From an uncultured candidatus Brocadiaceae bacterium (GTDB taxonomy: Bacteria > Planctomycetota > UBA1135 > UBA2386): a stretch of DNA of 64,000 nt. Below, one piece after another: positions 63,849 to 64,000 of the stretch; position 1 is the first letter of the stretch, and every line of letters starts with the position of its first letter. Position numbers and translations under genes: made by a program. Where the stretch lies: contig CAZIFB010000009.1 in NCBI GenBank assembly GCA_964538915.1, forward strand, positions 51,506 through 115,505, in the 5' to 3' direction. Under the pieces are notes generated by a model. It was given only the letters and a program-made list of their open reading frames with translations, did no database searches and was not told where the DNA came from.

Positions 63849-64000
63849 ATGAGATGCGTCGTCGGGTCGGTGCTCCTCCTCCTTCTCGTGGGTCCTCTCA
63901 CGGCGCAGCAAGGCGCGAACGAAACTGGCGAGGACGTGGCCAGGCGCGTGCTCTCCGGCGGCTGGTTCGAAGAGGCGCGTTCGCGGCGCAGCGCCGATGG
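63849..64000 (+). CDS. Secreted hypothetical protein, 3'-truncated by window edge
   Basis: Hand translation MRCVVGSVLLLLLVGPLTAQQ... gives a signal peptide with the AQ cleavage seen in other genes here; open to the window end. Confidence 0.5.
   Translation, partial: MRCVVGSVLLLLLVGPLTAQQGANETGEDVARRVLSGGWFEEARSRRSAD

Noticed and set aside
1-64000. rRNA, tRNA, riboswitch, IS/transposase, integrase, prophage or known defence system
   Set aside because: No recognisable motif by eye; gaps are short. A covariance-model (Infernal/Rfam) and DefenseFinder scan would be needed to exclude weak cases

Overview
High-GC (roughly 70% by eye) bacterial chromosomal window, most consistent with an uncultured Planctomycetota lineage. 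This is inferred from multiple ECF sigma/Ser-Thr kinase modules, kinase-FGE fusions, a membrane-anchored giant ECF and many AQ-cleaved secreted proteins. About 50 real CDS are present; most long ORFs in the supplied track are GC-shadow frames or have over-extended starts, which I corrected by hand. Housekeeping genes: dacB (partial), an MsbA-like ABC transporter, ispF, ispD, ruvC, nadC, purB, clpB, a cysteine synthase family enzyme and cobB. Accessory content: four Hanks-type kinases, four ECF sigma factors, five secreted proteins sharing an apparently unnamed ~100-aa module, an orphan SUKH/SMI1-like gene, and a KamA-like radical SAM enzyme divergent from an enoyl-CoA hydratase/NDP-forming acyl-CoA ligase pair. 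One gene carries a single-base frameshift in a G5 run. I saw no rRNA, tRNA, CRISPR array, transposase, integrase or reverse transcriptase. Best leads: (1) the KamA-like aminomutase with altered substrate-binding residues plus CoA enzymes, a possible new beta-amino-acid pathway; (2) the recurring terminal module of secreted proteins, a possible lineage-specific sorting/anchoring domain; (3) a kinase-secreted protein-ECF-hydrolase cassette; (4) a MinD/FlhG ATPase with the MinD membrane-targeting helix at the N-terminus; (5) an unusual promoter grammar with leaderless TAnnnT starts and TTGnnn-N17-T(non-A)nnnT promoters. All family calls are from motif recognition by eye; no database search was run.
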